Source of the DNA: a bacterium
GTDB taxonomy: Bacteria > Hinthialibacterota > Hinthialibacteria > Hinthialibacterales > Hinthialibacteraceae
Direction: 5' to 3'
NCBI GenBank assembly: GCA_963663405.2
Contig: CAXXSM010000150.1
Span: 42,193-106,192 of the forward strand
DNA length: 64,000 nucleotides
Both the position numbers and the translations under genes were made by a program. A model generated the notes under the pieces. The model was given only the letters and a program-made list of their open reading frames with translations, was not told the DNA's origin and did no database searches. Positions 31,001 through 41,950 of this stretch are shown here, piece after piece (positions within the stretch are counted from its first letter, which is position 1; each line of letters opens with the position of its first letter).

Positions 31001-33217
31001 ACATCGGTTGCATTGATCCAGAAACCGCACAGCAACACATTCAAATTCTCAAAGAACGAATCGGAGAAAGATTTTCATACGAACCGCAGAAAGACTGTAA
31101 CACAATGGACTTAGATTCTTTCAATATCAACACTCCGGAGAACTTCCCCGATCCAAAATTCCGAATAATCGTAGAGACTTTTATGGGTGTGAATCACGAA
31201 GGGGAATTCACAGCGGAGGAAGCCGCTAGTAAAGATGGTAAACTGGATTTTTCTCTTCGTGGTATCTATGATATAACCGGAATTGAATATTTCACTGGAC
31301 TGACAAGACTCGATTGCGGCGACAATCCATTGACTCGTTTGGATATCTCAAACAATACTGCTTTGATTCATCTAAGATGCGCCAGGACTCAATTAATCAA
31401 CCTGGATGTCTCCAACAATCTTGCTCTAGAGTCACTCTATTGCGATGGCAATCAATTAACCAGCCTGGACATCTCCAACAACACCGCTTTGACTACTCTT
31501 TTATGCAACAGTAATCTATTAACTACTCTGGATATCTCCAATAATCCGGCCTTAGAGACTCTCCATTGTGATGACAATCAATTAACAATTCTGGACATTT
31601 CAAAGAATTCCGCGGTAAAAACTCTCTACTGCGGTGATAATGCATTGACAGTCATTGATCTCTCAAACAATCCCGCGTTGGTGTATCTTCACTGTGAAGA
31701 CAGCCAGTTAACCGCCTTGGATCTCTCGAACAATCCCGAGTTGGAATCTCTCTACTGCGCTGGCAATCTATTATCCAGCCTGGATACCTCCAGCAATCCA
31801 GCGTTGATGTATCTACACTGTAACCGCAATCAAATATCCAAACTGGATGTATCTCAGAACACCGCGTTGGTATCTCTTAACTGTTATTGGAATCGATTAA
31901 CCAACGTTTCCAGTTTCACCACTAACGAAGGCCTTGGAACAGAAGATTTTGTCGATATTCGAAACAACTATATTGGTTGCGTGGATCCAAACGTATCGAA
32001 TAATGATATGCAAATTCTTATCGATAGAATTGGAGACAGTTTTAAATATGAACCACAATTCGATTGCAACACAGCAGAACCTGACTTAGCGAATATCAAC
32101 ACGCCGGATAACTTTCCCGATCCGAATTTTCGAAGCGTGGTAGAGGACATTATTGACGTACAACATGGTGAGCCATTTACTGCGGCACAGGCGGCTCAAG
32201 TAAAAAGTATGGAAATTGCCAGTAGTGAATATTATAGGCTTAATATCAATGATTTTTCTGGAATTCACTTTTTCACTGGCTTGGAGTATCTCAACTGCGC
32301 AAATAATAACTTAACTAGCCTGGATCTCTCATCTAACACTGCTTTAGTAATACTTCACTGCGTTTCGAATCAATTAACCAGTTTGGATCTTTCTCACAAC
32401 ACCGCGCTAAAGTCACTCGACTGCGATCACAATCAGCAATTAACCAATCTGGATATCTCTCAGAACACGGCTTTGGAATTCCTTGATTGCGATATGAACT
32501 TATTGACTAGTCTTGATCTTTCTCAAAATACTGCTTTGAAACATCTCCAATGTGAGTTCAATCAATTAAAAAACTTAAATCTTACGAATAATACTGCTTT
32601 ACAATATATCAAATGCGGGGGCAATCAATTAACTAGCCTGGACGTCTCTAACACAACTGCTCTAGAGCACCTTTCTTGCAGCAACAATCAATTGACAACT
32701 TTGAATGTTTCCAATTGTCCTGGTTTAATTGAACTATGGTGCCAAAGTAATCTATTAACCAGCCTGGATATCACTAAGAATCCTGCTTTAATTGAACTCG
32801 CGTGCAGGTACAATCAATTGACAAGCTTGAATGTCTCTCACAATATCGCTTTATCTGAATTCTCTTGCTCGAACAATCAATTAATCAATTTGGATATTTC
32901 TCAAAACACTGCGCTAGTTAGGCTCTACTGCGCTTGGAATCAATTAACCAATCTTGATGTTTCCAATAACACCGCATTGGAATATATTAACTGTTCAGAC
33001 AATCAATTGACAAGCCTTTCCAGTTTTGTCGCCAACGAAGGTCTTGGATCAGGAGACGCAGTGGAAGTGTACAACAATTACATTGGTTGCATAGATCCAG
33101 ACGCAGCCACAAGAGATATAGAAATTCTTAAAGAGCGAATAGGAAGAAGATTTTATTATGAATTCCAGAAGGATTGTGAAACGATGCCAACGAATTAATT
33201 TCCCATCAAGAAGAAAG

Positions 33218-33241
33218 AACCGCATAAAAAATGCGCGGTTT
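33218..33241. terminator. Possible terminator between convergent LRR and lptD genes
   Basis: AACCGCATAAAAAATGCGCGGTTT imperfect hairpin. Confidence 0.4.
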
Positions 33242-33261
33242 CTAGTTTTATAAAACGTCAA

Positions 33262-35670
33262 TTACCGAAACACATTAACCGGCTGATTCCGCATCCCCTT
33301 TTTGTTCCCGAATCCTGTAAAACTGAAGCCGATGTTTATGGATAGATCGTCATCCAGGGTTGGGTGATCGCGGTAGACGATGTGGAATGTGGTGAAGAAA
33401 TCGTACATGTCGCGGGATACACCGAGGGTGGTGCGGCGGATCTTCTCATCATCCAGATCGAACCAGATGCCGGAAAAAACCTGCCATTTATTGGAGACGT
33501 CGTACAACATCTGAATCGCCGCATCCTCTTGTTCGTCCCGTTCGGTCAGTGGATTCAGGTTGGGGAATAGATACGTATTGTATCCCATCGTGAAATGCAG
33601 GCGGGAAAGCGGGCTGATCTGCGCGTAATAGTACGAAGAACGAACCTCGCTGTCGTCCACATCGTATCGCAAAGTATTCCCTACAGAGAACCACGGAAAC
33701 GGGTAAATATCAAATTCTTCGATCCAGTCGGAATAGCGGTAATCAGTATGGTTGGCGAAATCATCCGAGAACTCAAAATTATCGTACAACAGATTATCGT
33801 CCGGCATATAGTCATACGCGAGACCCGTCGTAAACCGGAAAAAATCACTCGAAACGCCACCCTGGTCTTTCCCTTGGATGCGCGTCCGCAACAGCGCCGA
33901 TACGCGGTGCATCTGATACCGCACCTCATCCGTAGGATCGATATACGGAAATCGGATATCCCGCGCGCCGGGGATCACTGAATTCATGACTTCTTCTTCC
34001 AGCGCGTTGTCCGGATGGTAGTACTCATAGCCAAACACAGGCTCCACGACGATACGCATCCGATCGTACCGGTCTAAAAACGGCTCAAATTCAGCCGTCG
34101 AGCGGTTTGAGATTTCCAGCCCCCCCTGGGGCATGGAGCGGGTGACCGAATCAAAGTTGTATGTGTTTTGCCGGTCATCCAAAGTACGCTCAGGATCGCT
34201 GTATTCCGTGCCCCGATACCCCACCCAGGGTTTAAACGTCCAGCGGGCGGGTAAAAGAATCGGGTAGGCGAACTTCAGATTCGCATCGTACCGGTCAACC
34301 TCATCGATAAAGAGCGTATTCTGGATAATCTGATCCTGAATCCCATTCTTGATGGGAATCGTGTATCCTTCTTCCCGGCGATAGCGTCCGAAATCCAGCT
34401 GCAGGTTTGTGTATACATTCGAATCGAAAAGATTGGTCGGATAATGTTCAAAATGAACCTGCGGACGCCGTTCCACATAGGGCAGCCCGTTGTAGTAAAA
34501 CGAATCGAACCGCTGCGCGGCGGTCAGGCGCATGCTCTGATCGTCCCAACGTTTCACCAAATCGATATGCGAGACGGAATCACGCTGGATCGCGTCCGGA
34601 TCACTTTCCCGCACCCGTTCGGGGCCGTGATAATCCCACAGATATTCCGAATCGGATAGTTTATGCGCCCGGCCGGATATACGCATATCGTAGGGCAGAT
34701 CCTGCGCGTATTCACCAGATACAATGTATCGGTCTTCATCTTCATAAATGTTATCGTTGTCCGCCCCATCCTGCGCGATATGCCACCCATAGATCTCCCC
34801 TTTCGGGCTGTACTCTCCCCCCTTCACATCGAACTGAAATTTTCCGCCGGCGCCGACTCCTACATCCGTAAAATAGTCTCCATAGAAATCAAATTCATAT
34901 TCACCCGGTTCACCCGGCACGATATTCAACCGGTTGAACGCCGCGTACCCAAGGCGGGAATAATGGGCGAAATCGAAATAGTACGCGACTTTGCTCTGTC
35001 CCAAGGATTGTGTAAAAAATGGAAGATAAAACATCGGGTACGATTGGACGTTCATAACAATGTTATTCGCCCAAAACCGGACATTCGGAACTACCACGAC
35101 TTTATCAAAACCGAAGTAATACGTAGGAACCGGCCAATCAGAACCGGTCAATTGTCCTTTCCGGACCGTATATTCAGGAATCATTTCCGCTTCGGTGGCG
35201 CCGGCGGGTCGCTTAGCGGGACGCCGTTTGTACGTAACCGAATCTCCTTTGAAGAAAACGCCCTCCGCGAGTTCGGCTTCCTTTACCTCTTCGAGTATCC
35301 CTTGGTTCTTTTCGATGTAAAAGACTAGATGTTCGCCCCGCAAAATCGATCCCTGATCCCACAACCGGACATCGCCGGAAGCGTGAATTGTCTGTTCGAT
35401 CTGGTTATAAATAATTGTGTCAGCGGTGATAGATCGATCCCCAATGATGACGGATGGGCGTTCTTCTCCTTTAGGACGAAGCATAATCGTTTCTGTGGGG
35501 ATATCGTATTCATAATCCCCACGCAGGATTTCAAAAGGAGTGGAACTCTTTTCCTGGGAAAAGCCGTTCCCCACGATACCAAAAAAGAGAAGGGATAGAA
35601 AACAGATAACCTTGATATTCATAACGTAGACGAAACGGAAATTAACCGGATATTTCATAGTCAACCCCAT
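33262..35670 (-). CDS. lptD: LPS-assembly outer-membrane protein LptD-like (likely start 35622)
   Basis: Signal peptide, OstA-like N-domain (ITADTIIYNQ...ASGDVRL), YPMFYLPFF, LSDSEYLWDY, aromatic-rich beta-barrel, ~790 aa. Confidence 0.75.
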   Translation of the reverse strand: MGLTMKYPVNFRFVYVMNIKVICFLSLLFFGIVGNGFSQEKSSTPFEILRGDYEYDIPTETIMLRPKGEERPSVIIGDRSITADTIIYNQIEQTIHASGDVRLWDQGSILRGEHLVFYIEKNQGILEEVKEAELAEGVFFKGDSVTYKRRPAKRPAGATEAEMIPEYTVRKGQLTGSDWPVPTYYFGFDKVVVVPNVRFWANNIVMNVQSYPMFYLPFFTQSLGQSKVAYYFDFAHYSRLGYAAFNRLNIVPGEPGEYEFDFYGDYFTDVGVGAGGKFQFDVKGGEYSPKGEIYGWHIAQDGADNDNIYEDEDRYIVSGEYAQDLPYDMRISGRAHKLSDSEYLWDYHGPERVRESDPDAIQRDSVSHIDLVKRWDDQSMRLTAAQRFDSFYYNGLPYVERRPQVHFEHYPTNLFDSNVYTNLQLDFGRYRREEGYTIPIKNGIQDQIIQNTLFIDEVDRYDANLKFAYPILLPARWTFKPWVGYRGTEYSDPERTLDDRQNTYNFDSVTRSMPQGGLEISNRSTAEFEPFLDRYDRMRIVVEPVFGYEYYHPDNALEEEVMNSVIPGARDIRFPYIDPTDEVRYQMHRVSALLRTRIQGKDQGGVSSDFFRFTTGLAYDYMPDDNLLYDNFEFSDDFANHTDYRYSDWIEEFDIYPFPWFSVGNTLRYDVDDSEVRSSYYYAQISPLSRLHFTMGYNTYLFPNLNPLTERDEQEDAAIQMLYDVSNKWQVFSGIWFDLDDEKIRRTTLGVSRDMYDFFTTFHIVYRDHPTLDDDLSINIGFSFTGFGNKKGMRNQPVNVFR

Positions 35671-35678
35671 GTTTAAAC

Positions 35679-35773
35679 ATATAAACCATCATGATCGAGA
35701 TCCCAACGTGCAAATGAAAATGAGTTGTGGGAGCAATCACTAATGAGAAAACATTAGAAACTCATTTTCATAT
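35679..35773 (-). repeat. ~95-bp dispersed intergenic element, copy A
   Basis: ATGAAAATGAGTT..AACTCATTTTCAT stem plus TTGCA..GATCTCGATCATGATGGTTTATAT tail; homologous to 46767-46860 and 60239-60332. Confidence 0.85.
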
Positions 35774-35823
35774 GAATCCACATTTTATGTCAAATTAATA
35801 GCGGCGCCTATGTGATGAGTCCA

Positions 35824-36294
35824 TTATTTCTGATTTTTTGGTCCAGCGGCGAACCGTTCCAACACCCATTCAGGAATCCGGCACGGAGCGACTCGTCCAT
35901 TGTTCTCTTTGCAACAAGCCATTTTCGTCACTCCACTCGCGATGCGTAATGGCTGGTTCTCATCATCCCGGCGGTTTTCACATAGAATCTCATAGTAAAA
36001 AGTCAAATACGATCGGCCCTTCTCCGGAATCCAAGTTTTGATCTGCAACGCATCCCCCAGCCGCGCGGGAGAGAGATAATCCAATTCGGCCCGGCGGCAG
36101 ACAAAAAGGCAATTCTTTTCAAGCATATCCACTAGAGTAAGATCGAATTCTTCCACATAGAATCCTCGCGCCCGTTCAAACATTTCGAGATAACGCGCAT
36201 AATAAACCACACCTCCCGCGTCGGTGTCACCATAACAAACTCGGTAAGGATACGCGCAAACAGGAAAATCGATGTCTTCAATCCGGACGCTCAT
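35824..36294 (-). CDS. YbgC/FadM-family acyl-CoA thioesterase
   Basis: YRVCYGDTDAGGVVYYARYLEMFERAR, LDYLSPARLGD. Confidence 0.88.
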   Translation of the reverse strand: MSVRIEDIDFPVCAYPYRVCYGDTDAGGVVYYARYLEMFERARGFYVEEFDLTLVDMLEKNCLFVCRRAELDYLSPARLGDALQIKTWIPEKGRSYLTFYYEILCENRRDDENQPLRIASGVTKMACCKENNGRVAPCRIPEWVLERFAAGPKNQK

Positions 36295-36313
36295 AAAATG
36301 CCCTTCTCAATTG

Positions 36314-38155
36314 ATGGCTTTATTGCAGGCCGGGATTCTAATCCGCTGCCTATTCCTTCCTTTAATCGGTTTTGAACAGGACTTTCACTTCTTCGCCTCC
36401 TGGGCGACCCATCTTGCAGAGAATAGCGTCATAACGATTTACGACAAGCCGGAAGAACTGAGCGTGGGATTCATCAATTACCCGCCCTTCTACCTCTACA
36501 TCCTATCCGGCCTCGCCCGCACATACCGGTGGTTTTTTACCGGCCCTTTGGAGACACGCGTCTTTCTCTGCATGATAAAATCCGTCACAATCCTTTTCGA
36601 AATATTGACCGCGTTTCTCCTTTACCGCTTTCTTCTGCGCAAGACGGATGAACGAACCGCACTATACGGATTCGGTTTCTATTTTCTTAATCCAGCCATT
36701 TTCTACGTCAGCGTCTATTATGGCCAAGTAGACGCGATATTCAGCGCCTTTCTCTTATTAACCACTATTTCTCTGATCGATGAAAAGTACTTTTGGGGCG
36801 GATTTTGGGCCGCTTGCTCGTTGTTGATGAAAATACAATCGATCCCATTCATGCCCCTCTTTTTCTTCTGGCCGATCGCGCGGGGACAATACAAGAAGAT
36901 TATTCCATTCGTTTGTGGATTCGCGATCGCCTCCTTTGTGATTCTAGCGCCGTTTCTGTTCAGCGGACGGCTGGAGAAAGTGTATCATTATAGCGTCGAA
37001 GCGAGTGTAGAATGGGGAAAATACCTATCTGTCGGAGCCTTCAATCTTTGGTATCTACACGCCGATCCATACACACTCGATAAGCGGATTTGGGGATGGC
37101 TTTTCGGAGCCGATGGGATACTAACCGCCTATCCGTTCATACACTATTTAACATACAGAAACCTAGGCGTAGGGCTATTCGGCATCGCGTTTCTCGGGAT
37201 GCTGACCGCGGTATGGAAGCGTCCAGATCGAGAGGGACTCTTGAAAGCCGCCGCATTTATCGCGTTGGCGTTTTATATGCTTCCGACGAAAGTCCACGAG
37301 CGCTATTTATTCCCCTTCTTCGTTTTCTATGCGCCCCTGGCTTTGACCTGCCTGACGAGGCGGTTCCTGTTCATCGGATTCAGCGCCTCTTATTTACTGA
37401 ATCTCATAGTAATTTGCCCCCTCATTGGCGAAGTACATTACGTTGAAGAGATCGATTCTACCCTCGGAGCCGCCGCAGCCGCTTGGAATGTGGTTTTATT
37501 CACGGCGTTTATCGTGTATGAATATGTAATCCCATTTCGATCTCAGGAAAAATCATTCCCCTTGCTCGCGAAAACAATCGGATTGTCGATCGCCTGCGTC
37601 TCGATCGTTCTATATCTCCGGGCCGATGCGAGAACCGATGATCCATATACCCTCTATCTCAGCCGGATAACGCCTATTTCGTGTATACAAGATTGGCCGC
37701 CAATTCCACCGGAATTAAGCGATCCACCCCCGGATTATCAACTTCGCATGGATCTATCCACGGACGAGAATCAATTACGGATCGGCGATCATCTCTACCG
37801 GTATGGGATCGGCGCGCACGCCAATTCACGCATCGAATACGACATTCCCCGGTATTACACCATTTTCGAAACTTGGGTGGGAGTAGATTACGAAACAATG
37901 GAGAATTTCAAACTGTACCCGGACCGGGCGACTGTTTCCTTTGAAGTCTGGGTGAATGGAGTCAAACTGGCGGAAACACCCTTAATGATCCCCACATCAC
38001 CTCCTAGGAAAATCTCAGTGCGTCTTCCCCGGAGCCAAGAAACCAACCGGTTGACGTTAATTGTGAGAAATGGAGAAGATGGTTCCGCATCTGATCATGC
38101 GGACTGGGCGCTGGCGCGAGTAATACGAACTTTTCTACCCCCGGCGGAGAGATGA
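36314..38155 (+). CDS. GT-C-fold membrane glycosyltransferase fused to NPCBM/NEW2 carbohydrate-binding module (start uncertain)
   Basis: QDFHFFASWA, NYPPFYLY, LNPA..Y.S.YYGQVD, TKVHERYLFP; C-terminal YGIGAHANSRIEY...VGVD...DG..SDHADWALAR. Confidence 0.8.
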   Translation: MALLQAGILIRCLFLPLIGFEQDFHFFASWATHLAENSVITIYDKPEELSVGFINYPPFYLYILSGLARTYRWFFTGPLETRVFLCMIKSVTILFEILTAFLLYRFLLRKTDERTALYGFGFYFLNPAIFYVSVYYGQVDAIFSAFLLLTTISLIDEKYFWGGFWAACSLLMKIQSIPFMPLFFFWPIARGQYKKIIPFVCGFAIASFVILAPFLFSGRLEKVYHYSVEASVEWGKYLSVGAFNLWYLHADPYTLDKRIWGWLFGADGILTAYPFIHYLTYRNLGVGLFGIAFLGMLTAVWKRPDREGLLKAAAFIALAFYMLPTKVHERYLFPFFVFYAPLALTCLTRRFLFIGFSASYLLNLIVICPLIGEVHYVEEIDSTLGAAAAAWNVVLFTAFIVYEYVIPFRSQEKSFPLLAKTIGLSIACVSIVLYLRADARTDDPYTLYLSRITPISCIQDWPPIPPELSDPPPDYQLRMDLSTDENQLRIGDHLYRYGIGAHANSRIEYDIPRYYTIFETWVGVDYETMENFKLYPDRATVSFEVWVNGVKLAETPLMIPTSPPRKISVRLPRSQETNRLTLIVRNGEDGSASDHADWALARVIRTFLPPAER

Positions 38156-38334
38156 TCAATAACTGATAATACAGCGCTTTCTGATTCATTGCCACGAATC
38201 CAACGTCGATCCAGCGGAGATGATTTCTTTTTCCGTGCAAGCCGGAATCAAGGAATTGATTCGCTTAAAATAAAACATTCAGAGGTTAGTTAGCGGGAAA
38301 CGCTGTTCCTATCAATTCAAAATCGACCTTTTTC

Positions 38335-39078
38335 TCAATGCAAGGACCAATTCGATACTGCCGTTTCACATTCATTCTGTGGTTCGTATATAAACCCGAA
38401 GAATCCTAGGGGAACAGCTTTTCCTAATCGCTCTGTAAGAATTTGAAAATCACTCATCGCGGCATTTGGATCAACACAACCAATGAAATTGTTTCGAACA
38501 TCAACATAGTCTCCTTGTCCAAGACCTTCGTTGGCTACAAAACTTGAAAGGCTGGTTAATTGATTTGCTTGACACAAAATACGCACTAAAGCGGGATTCT
38601 TGGAGACATCTAAGCTGGTTAATTGATTTTCACTGCAAACGAGATTTTCCAAAGCGGGATTGTTAGAGATATCTAAACTAGTTAAAGAATTGGCATTGCA
38701 GGCGAGTATAGTTAAAGCGGGATTGTTGGAGGCATCTAGGCTGGTTAATTGATTGATACCACAAAAGAGTACAGTTAAAGCAGTGTTTTTGGAGACATCC
38801 AGATTGGTTAATTGATTGCCTTCGCAGTAGAGTTCTGTTAAAGCGGGGAAAAGTGCAATCCCGGTCATCTTTCCGATACCGCGCCTAGAACAATCCAATG
38901 TTCCATCTTTTATCGCTGCTTCAGCCGCCGTGAATTCCCCCCCTGGCTCCACGCCCATAAATTCCGCAACCGCCGCTCGGAAGTTCGGATCAGGAAAGTT
39001 CTCCGGTGTGTTGATATTCTGGGAAAATGTGTTTGAGGAAATAAAAACGATGATGAATGCAGAGATGAAGTATTTCAT
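38335..39078 (-). CDS. Secreted single-module capped LRR protein (5 repeats)
   Basis: Signal peptide, NINTPENFPDPNFRAAV N-cap, same C-cap, ends TAVSNWSLH. Confidence 0.9.
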   Translation of the reverse strand: MKYFISAFIIVFISSNTFSQNINTPENFPDPNFRAAVAEFMGVEPGGEFTAAEAAIKDGTLDCSRRGIGKMTGIALFPALTELYCEGNQLTNLDVSKNTALTVLFCGINQLTSLDASNNPALTILACNANSLTSLDISNNPALENLVCSENQLTSLDVSKNPALVRILCQANQLTSLSSFVANEGLGQGDYVDVRNNFIGCVDPNAAMSDFQILTERLGKAVPLGFFGFIYEPQNECETAVSNWSLH

Positions 39079-39344
39079 GATTTTTCTCCGATCAATCGAT
39101 AGATAATTCATGTATCATACAACGATTCCTATTTAGCGTGAATCTCTATTCCCATTAAATAGGATTAAATCTCTCAAAAACCTAACTAGTCATTCGACCT
39201 TTGGATCTCAAGAAAAACGCTGATAAACTGATAATGCCATACAGAATCGCGAAGAAATCACTATTGAACGGGATTGTAAGAAAGTGAAATGAGCAATGAA
39301 AGGTAATGCAAGGTTGATCGAATCCGTTTAACATCAATCAGTAA

Positions 39345-41738
39345 TTACTCTTTCTGCAAAGCAAGATCGAGAACTTGATCCATCTCCGAAACAAACTCGA
39401 TTTTCATTTTACTGACCACATGCTTTGGGATATCCGGTAAATCTTTGCGGTTTTCTTCCGGCAGGATCACACGGGGGAAATCAGCGCGATGAGCGGCAAG
39501 CACTTTTTCTTTGATCCCGCCAACGGGGAAGACTTTCCCCCGCAGGGTGATCTCACCCGTCATGGCCACACCCGGCGCAACCGGTCTTCCCGTCAACGCG
39601 GAGATCAAAGCCGTTGCGATTGTGATTCCAGCGGAGGGGCCGTCTTTCGGAATCGCGCCTTCCGGAACATGGATATGAATATCGAAGCGTTGATGAAAAT
39701 CCCGTGAAAGATTCAATGCGCGGGAGCGGGACCGGGCGAAACTCAAGGCGGCCTTGGCGGATTCCTGCATGACTTCACCCAATTTACCCGTGAGAGTCAG
39801 TTTCCCGGATCCTTCCATAATGGTCACTTCGGTGGAAAGGATTTCCCCTCCGGCGCTGGTAACCGCCAAACCAGTCGCGCAGCCGATTCCATTCGCTTTA
39901 CTGTCTTTCGACTCGCGGAAACGGGGAATCCCCAAAAGGTCGTTGACCATTTTTGGAGTGACCTTCACACTTTTCTTGAGTTCTTTATTGACTGACTTCC
40001 GGGCCAGTTTCCGGCAAACCGAAGCCAGTTCCCGTTCAAGATTACGAACGCCCGCTTCCCGTGTGTAATCCCGGATGACTTGTAAAACCGCCGGACTCGA
40101 AAAATCGGGTTTGATCGTTGTCAATCCATGATTCGTGATCTGTTTCGGGATCAAGAAATCCGTAGCGATATGCACTTTTTCTTCTTCCGCGTAACTGGGA
40201 ATCTCGATCACCTCCATCCGGTCCTGCAACGCCGGCGGCACTGGATGAATCACGTTCGCGGTGGCGATAAACATGACATTGGATAGATCGAATTCCACTT
40301 CAAGGAAATGATCGCTGAACGAGCAATTCTGCTCCGGATCAAGCGCTTCCAACAAAGCGGAAGAAGGATCGCCGCGAAAATCGGCGCTCATTTTATCGAT
40401 CTCATCCAATAAAAACACAGGATTATTCGATTTCACCTTTTTGAGCGATTGAATGATCCGGCCCGGCATCGAACCAATATACGTGCGCCGATGTCCCCGG
40501 ATTTCCGCTTCATCCCGCACACCACCGAGTGAAATACGCACAAAATTACGCCCTAAAGCGCGGGCGATCGACCGCCCAAGAGAGGTTTTCCCTACACCGG
40601 GAGGGCCGACAAAACAGATAATAGGGCCTTTAAGATCCTTCTTTAACTTCCGCACTGCTAAAAATTCGAGGATTCGTTCTTTGGGTTTCTCAAGCCCATA
40701 ATGATCCTCATTTAGAATCGCTTCCGCTTTTTTATTGTCGAGCCGGTCTTTGGTGGATTTCGACCAGGGTAGATCACAGAGCCAATCCAGATAATTCCGC
40801 ACAACCGTGGCTTCCGGTGAAAGCGGAGGCATGGATGATAGGCGTTCCAACTCCTCTTTCGCCTTTTCTTCCGCCTCTTTGCTCATTTTCGCTTGCTTGA
40901 TCCGCTCGCGGTACTTATTCCATTCTTCCGCGCCATCATTCTCTTTCCCCAATTCCCGCTGAATGGCTTTGATTTGCTCGTGCAGATAGTATTCCTTTTG
41001 GGATTGTTCCATCTGCTTTCGCACTTCACCTTTGATCTTCTGTTCCAATTCGAGAATTTCCACCTCGCCCGTGAGGAGTTTGGAAAGATATTTAAGCCGT
41101 GAAGAAGGAGACACACTGGCTAGAAGACGCTGCTTATCCGCGACTTTCACCGATAAATGCGCCGCGATACTGTCCGACAAGCGGGACGGATCGTCCTGAT
41201 TCATAATCGAGAGAAGAGTCTCTTGCGGTACTTTACGGTTCAATTTGACGTAGGATTCAAATGACTCATTGACATGCCGCATAAGAGCCTGGAGTTCAGG
41301 TCCTTTTTCTTTCCGCTCGCGGAATGTAGTAATTTTAGCGATATAATACTCATCGGGCTTAATTTCAGAGATCCGAACCCGGTCCATCCCTTCGACCAAC
41401 ACTTTGATCGATCCATCCGGCAGTTTGAGCAATTGAAGGATATTGACTAACGCGCCGACCGCATAAAGATCCTTTTGTGAAGGATCATCAACCTCTATCT
41501 TTTTTTGAGCGACTAGAACGATGCGTTTGTTCGCTTGCATTCCCGCTTCCAGCGCAGCGACCGATTTCGGACGTCCTACAAACAAAGGGATAATCATTCC
41601 CGGAAAAATCACTACATCCCGAAGCGGAAGAAGCGGATACTCATTCTTACCCAAAGCCACTTCTTTTTTCTCTTCTTTCAAGGCTTTATCCACTTGCTCA
41701 ATACTATCGATAGTTAAATCCGGTTCCGTTTTCTTCAT
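39345..41738 (-). CDS. lon: ATP-dependent Lon protease
   Basis: [50 protein letters not shown]. Confidence 0.98.
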   Translation of the reverse strand: MKKTEPDLTIDSIEQVDKALKEEKKEVALGKNEYPLLPLRDVVIFPGMIIPLFVGRPKSVAALEAGMQANKRIVLVAQKKIEVDDPSQKDLYAVGALVNILQLLKLPDGSIKVLVEGMDRVRISEIKPDEYYIAKITTFRERKEKGPELQALMRHVNESFESYVKLNRKVPQETLLSIMNQDDPSRLSDSIAAHLSVKVADKQRLLASVSPSSRLKYLSKLLTGEVEILELEQKIKGEVRKQMEQSQKEYYLHEQIKAIQRELGKENDGAEEWNKYRERIKQAKMSKEAEEKAKEELERLSSMPPLSPEATVVRNYLDWLCDLPWSKSTKDRLDNKKAEAILNEDHYGLEKPKERILEFLAVRKLKKDLKGPIICFVGPPGVGKTSLGRSIARALGRNFVRISLGGVRDEAEIRGHRRTYIGSMPGRIIQSLKKVKSNNPVFLLDEIDKMSADFRGDPSSALLEALDPEQNCSFSDHFLEVEFDLSNVMFIATANVIHPVPPALQDRMEVIEIPSYAEEEKVHIATDFLIPKQITNHGLTTIKPDFSSPAVLQVIRDYTREAGVRNLERELASVCRKLARKSVNKELKKSVKVTPKMVNDLLGIPRFRESKDSKANGIGCATGLAVTSAGGEILSTEVTIMEGSGKLTLTGKLGEVMQESAKAALSFARSRSRALNLSRDFHQRFDIHIHVPEGAIPKDGPSAGITIATALISALTGRPVAPGVAMTGEITLRGKVFPVGGIKEKVLAAHRADFPRVILPEENRKDLPDIPKHVVSKMKIEFVSEMDQVLDLALQKE

Positions 41739-41950
41739 GTTTATCTAGTTCATTCTGTTGGGATTCGATTTTTTCAAGGCAAATCGGTGAATTCAGATTT
41801 CAGAGTTTCAATGCCATTCAAGCATGCAAAGGGGATAGTGAAGACTCCAATCGGCTACAGCGATAAAAAAAAGAAGACAATTGATGATCGTATCCTTGAC
41901 TTAGAGGAGTCCACTTAAATGATTGTTTTGCCTAAGTCCGCAAATTTGAT

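Larger units (their letters stand above)
26081..33198 (+). pseudogene. Six-module capped LRR surface protein (~1708 aa when restored), interrupted by ISL3
   Basis: 26081-26305 (75 codons: signal peptide + N-cap) joins 28297-33198 in frame after removing the IS and one TSD: KCSGQYKK|QKIKETTGLHFF. Confidence 0.92.

Noticed and set aside
28297-33198. CRISPR array or DGR target suggested by the 63-bp periodic repeats
   Set aside because: Repeats are in-frame coding LRRs with synonymous variation; no cas genes, reverse transcriptase or adenine-specific TR/VR pair is visible
38161-39236. AACTGATAA motif near the LRR genes (26060, 38161, 39227)
   Set aside because: Short, AT-rich and inconsistently placed relative to gene starts
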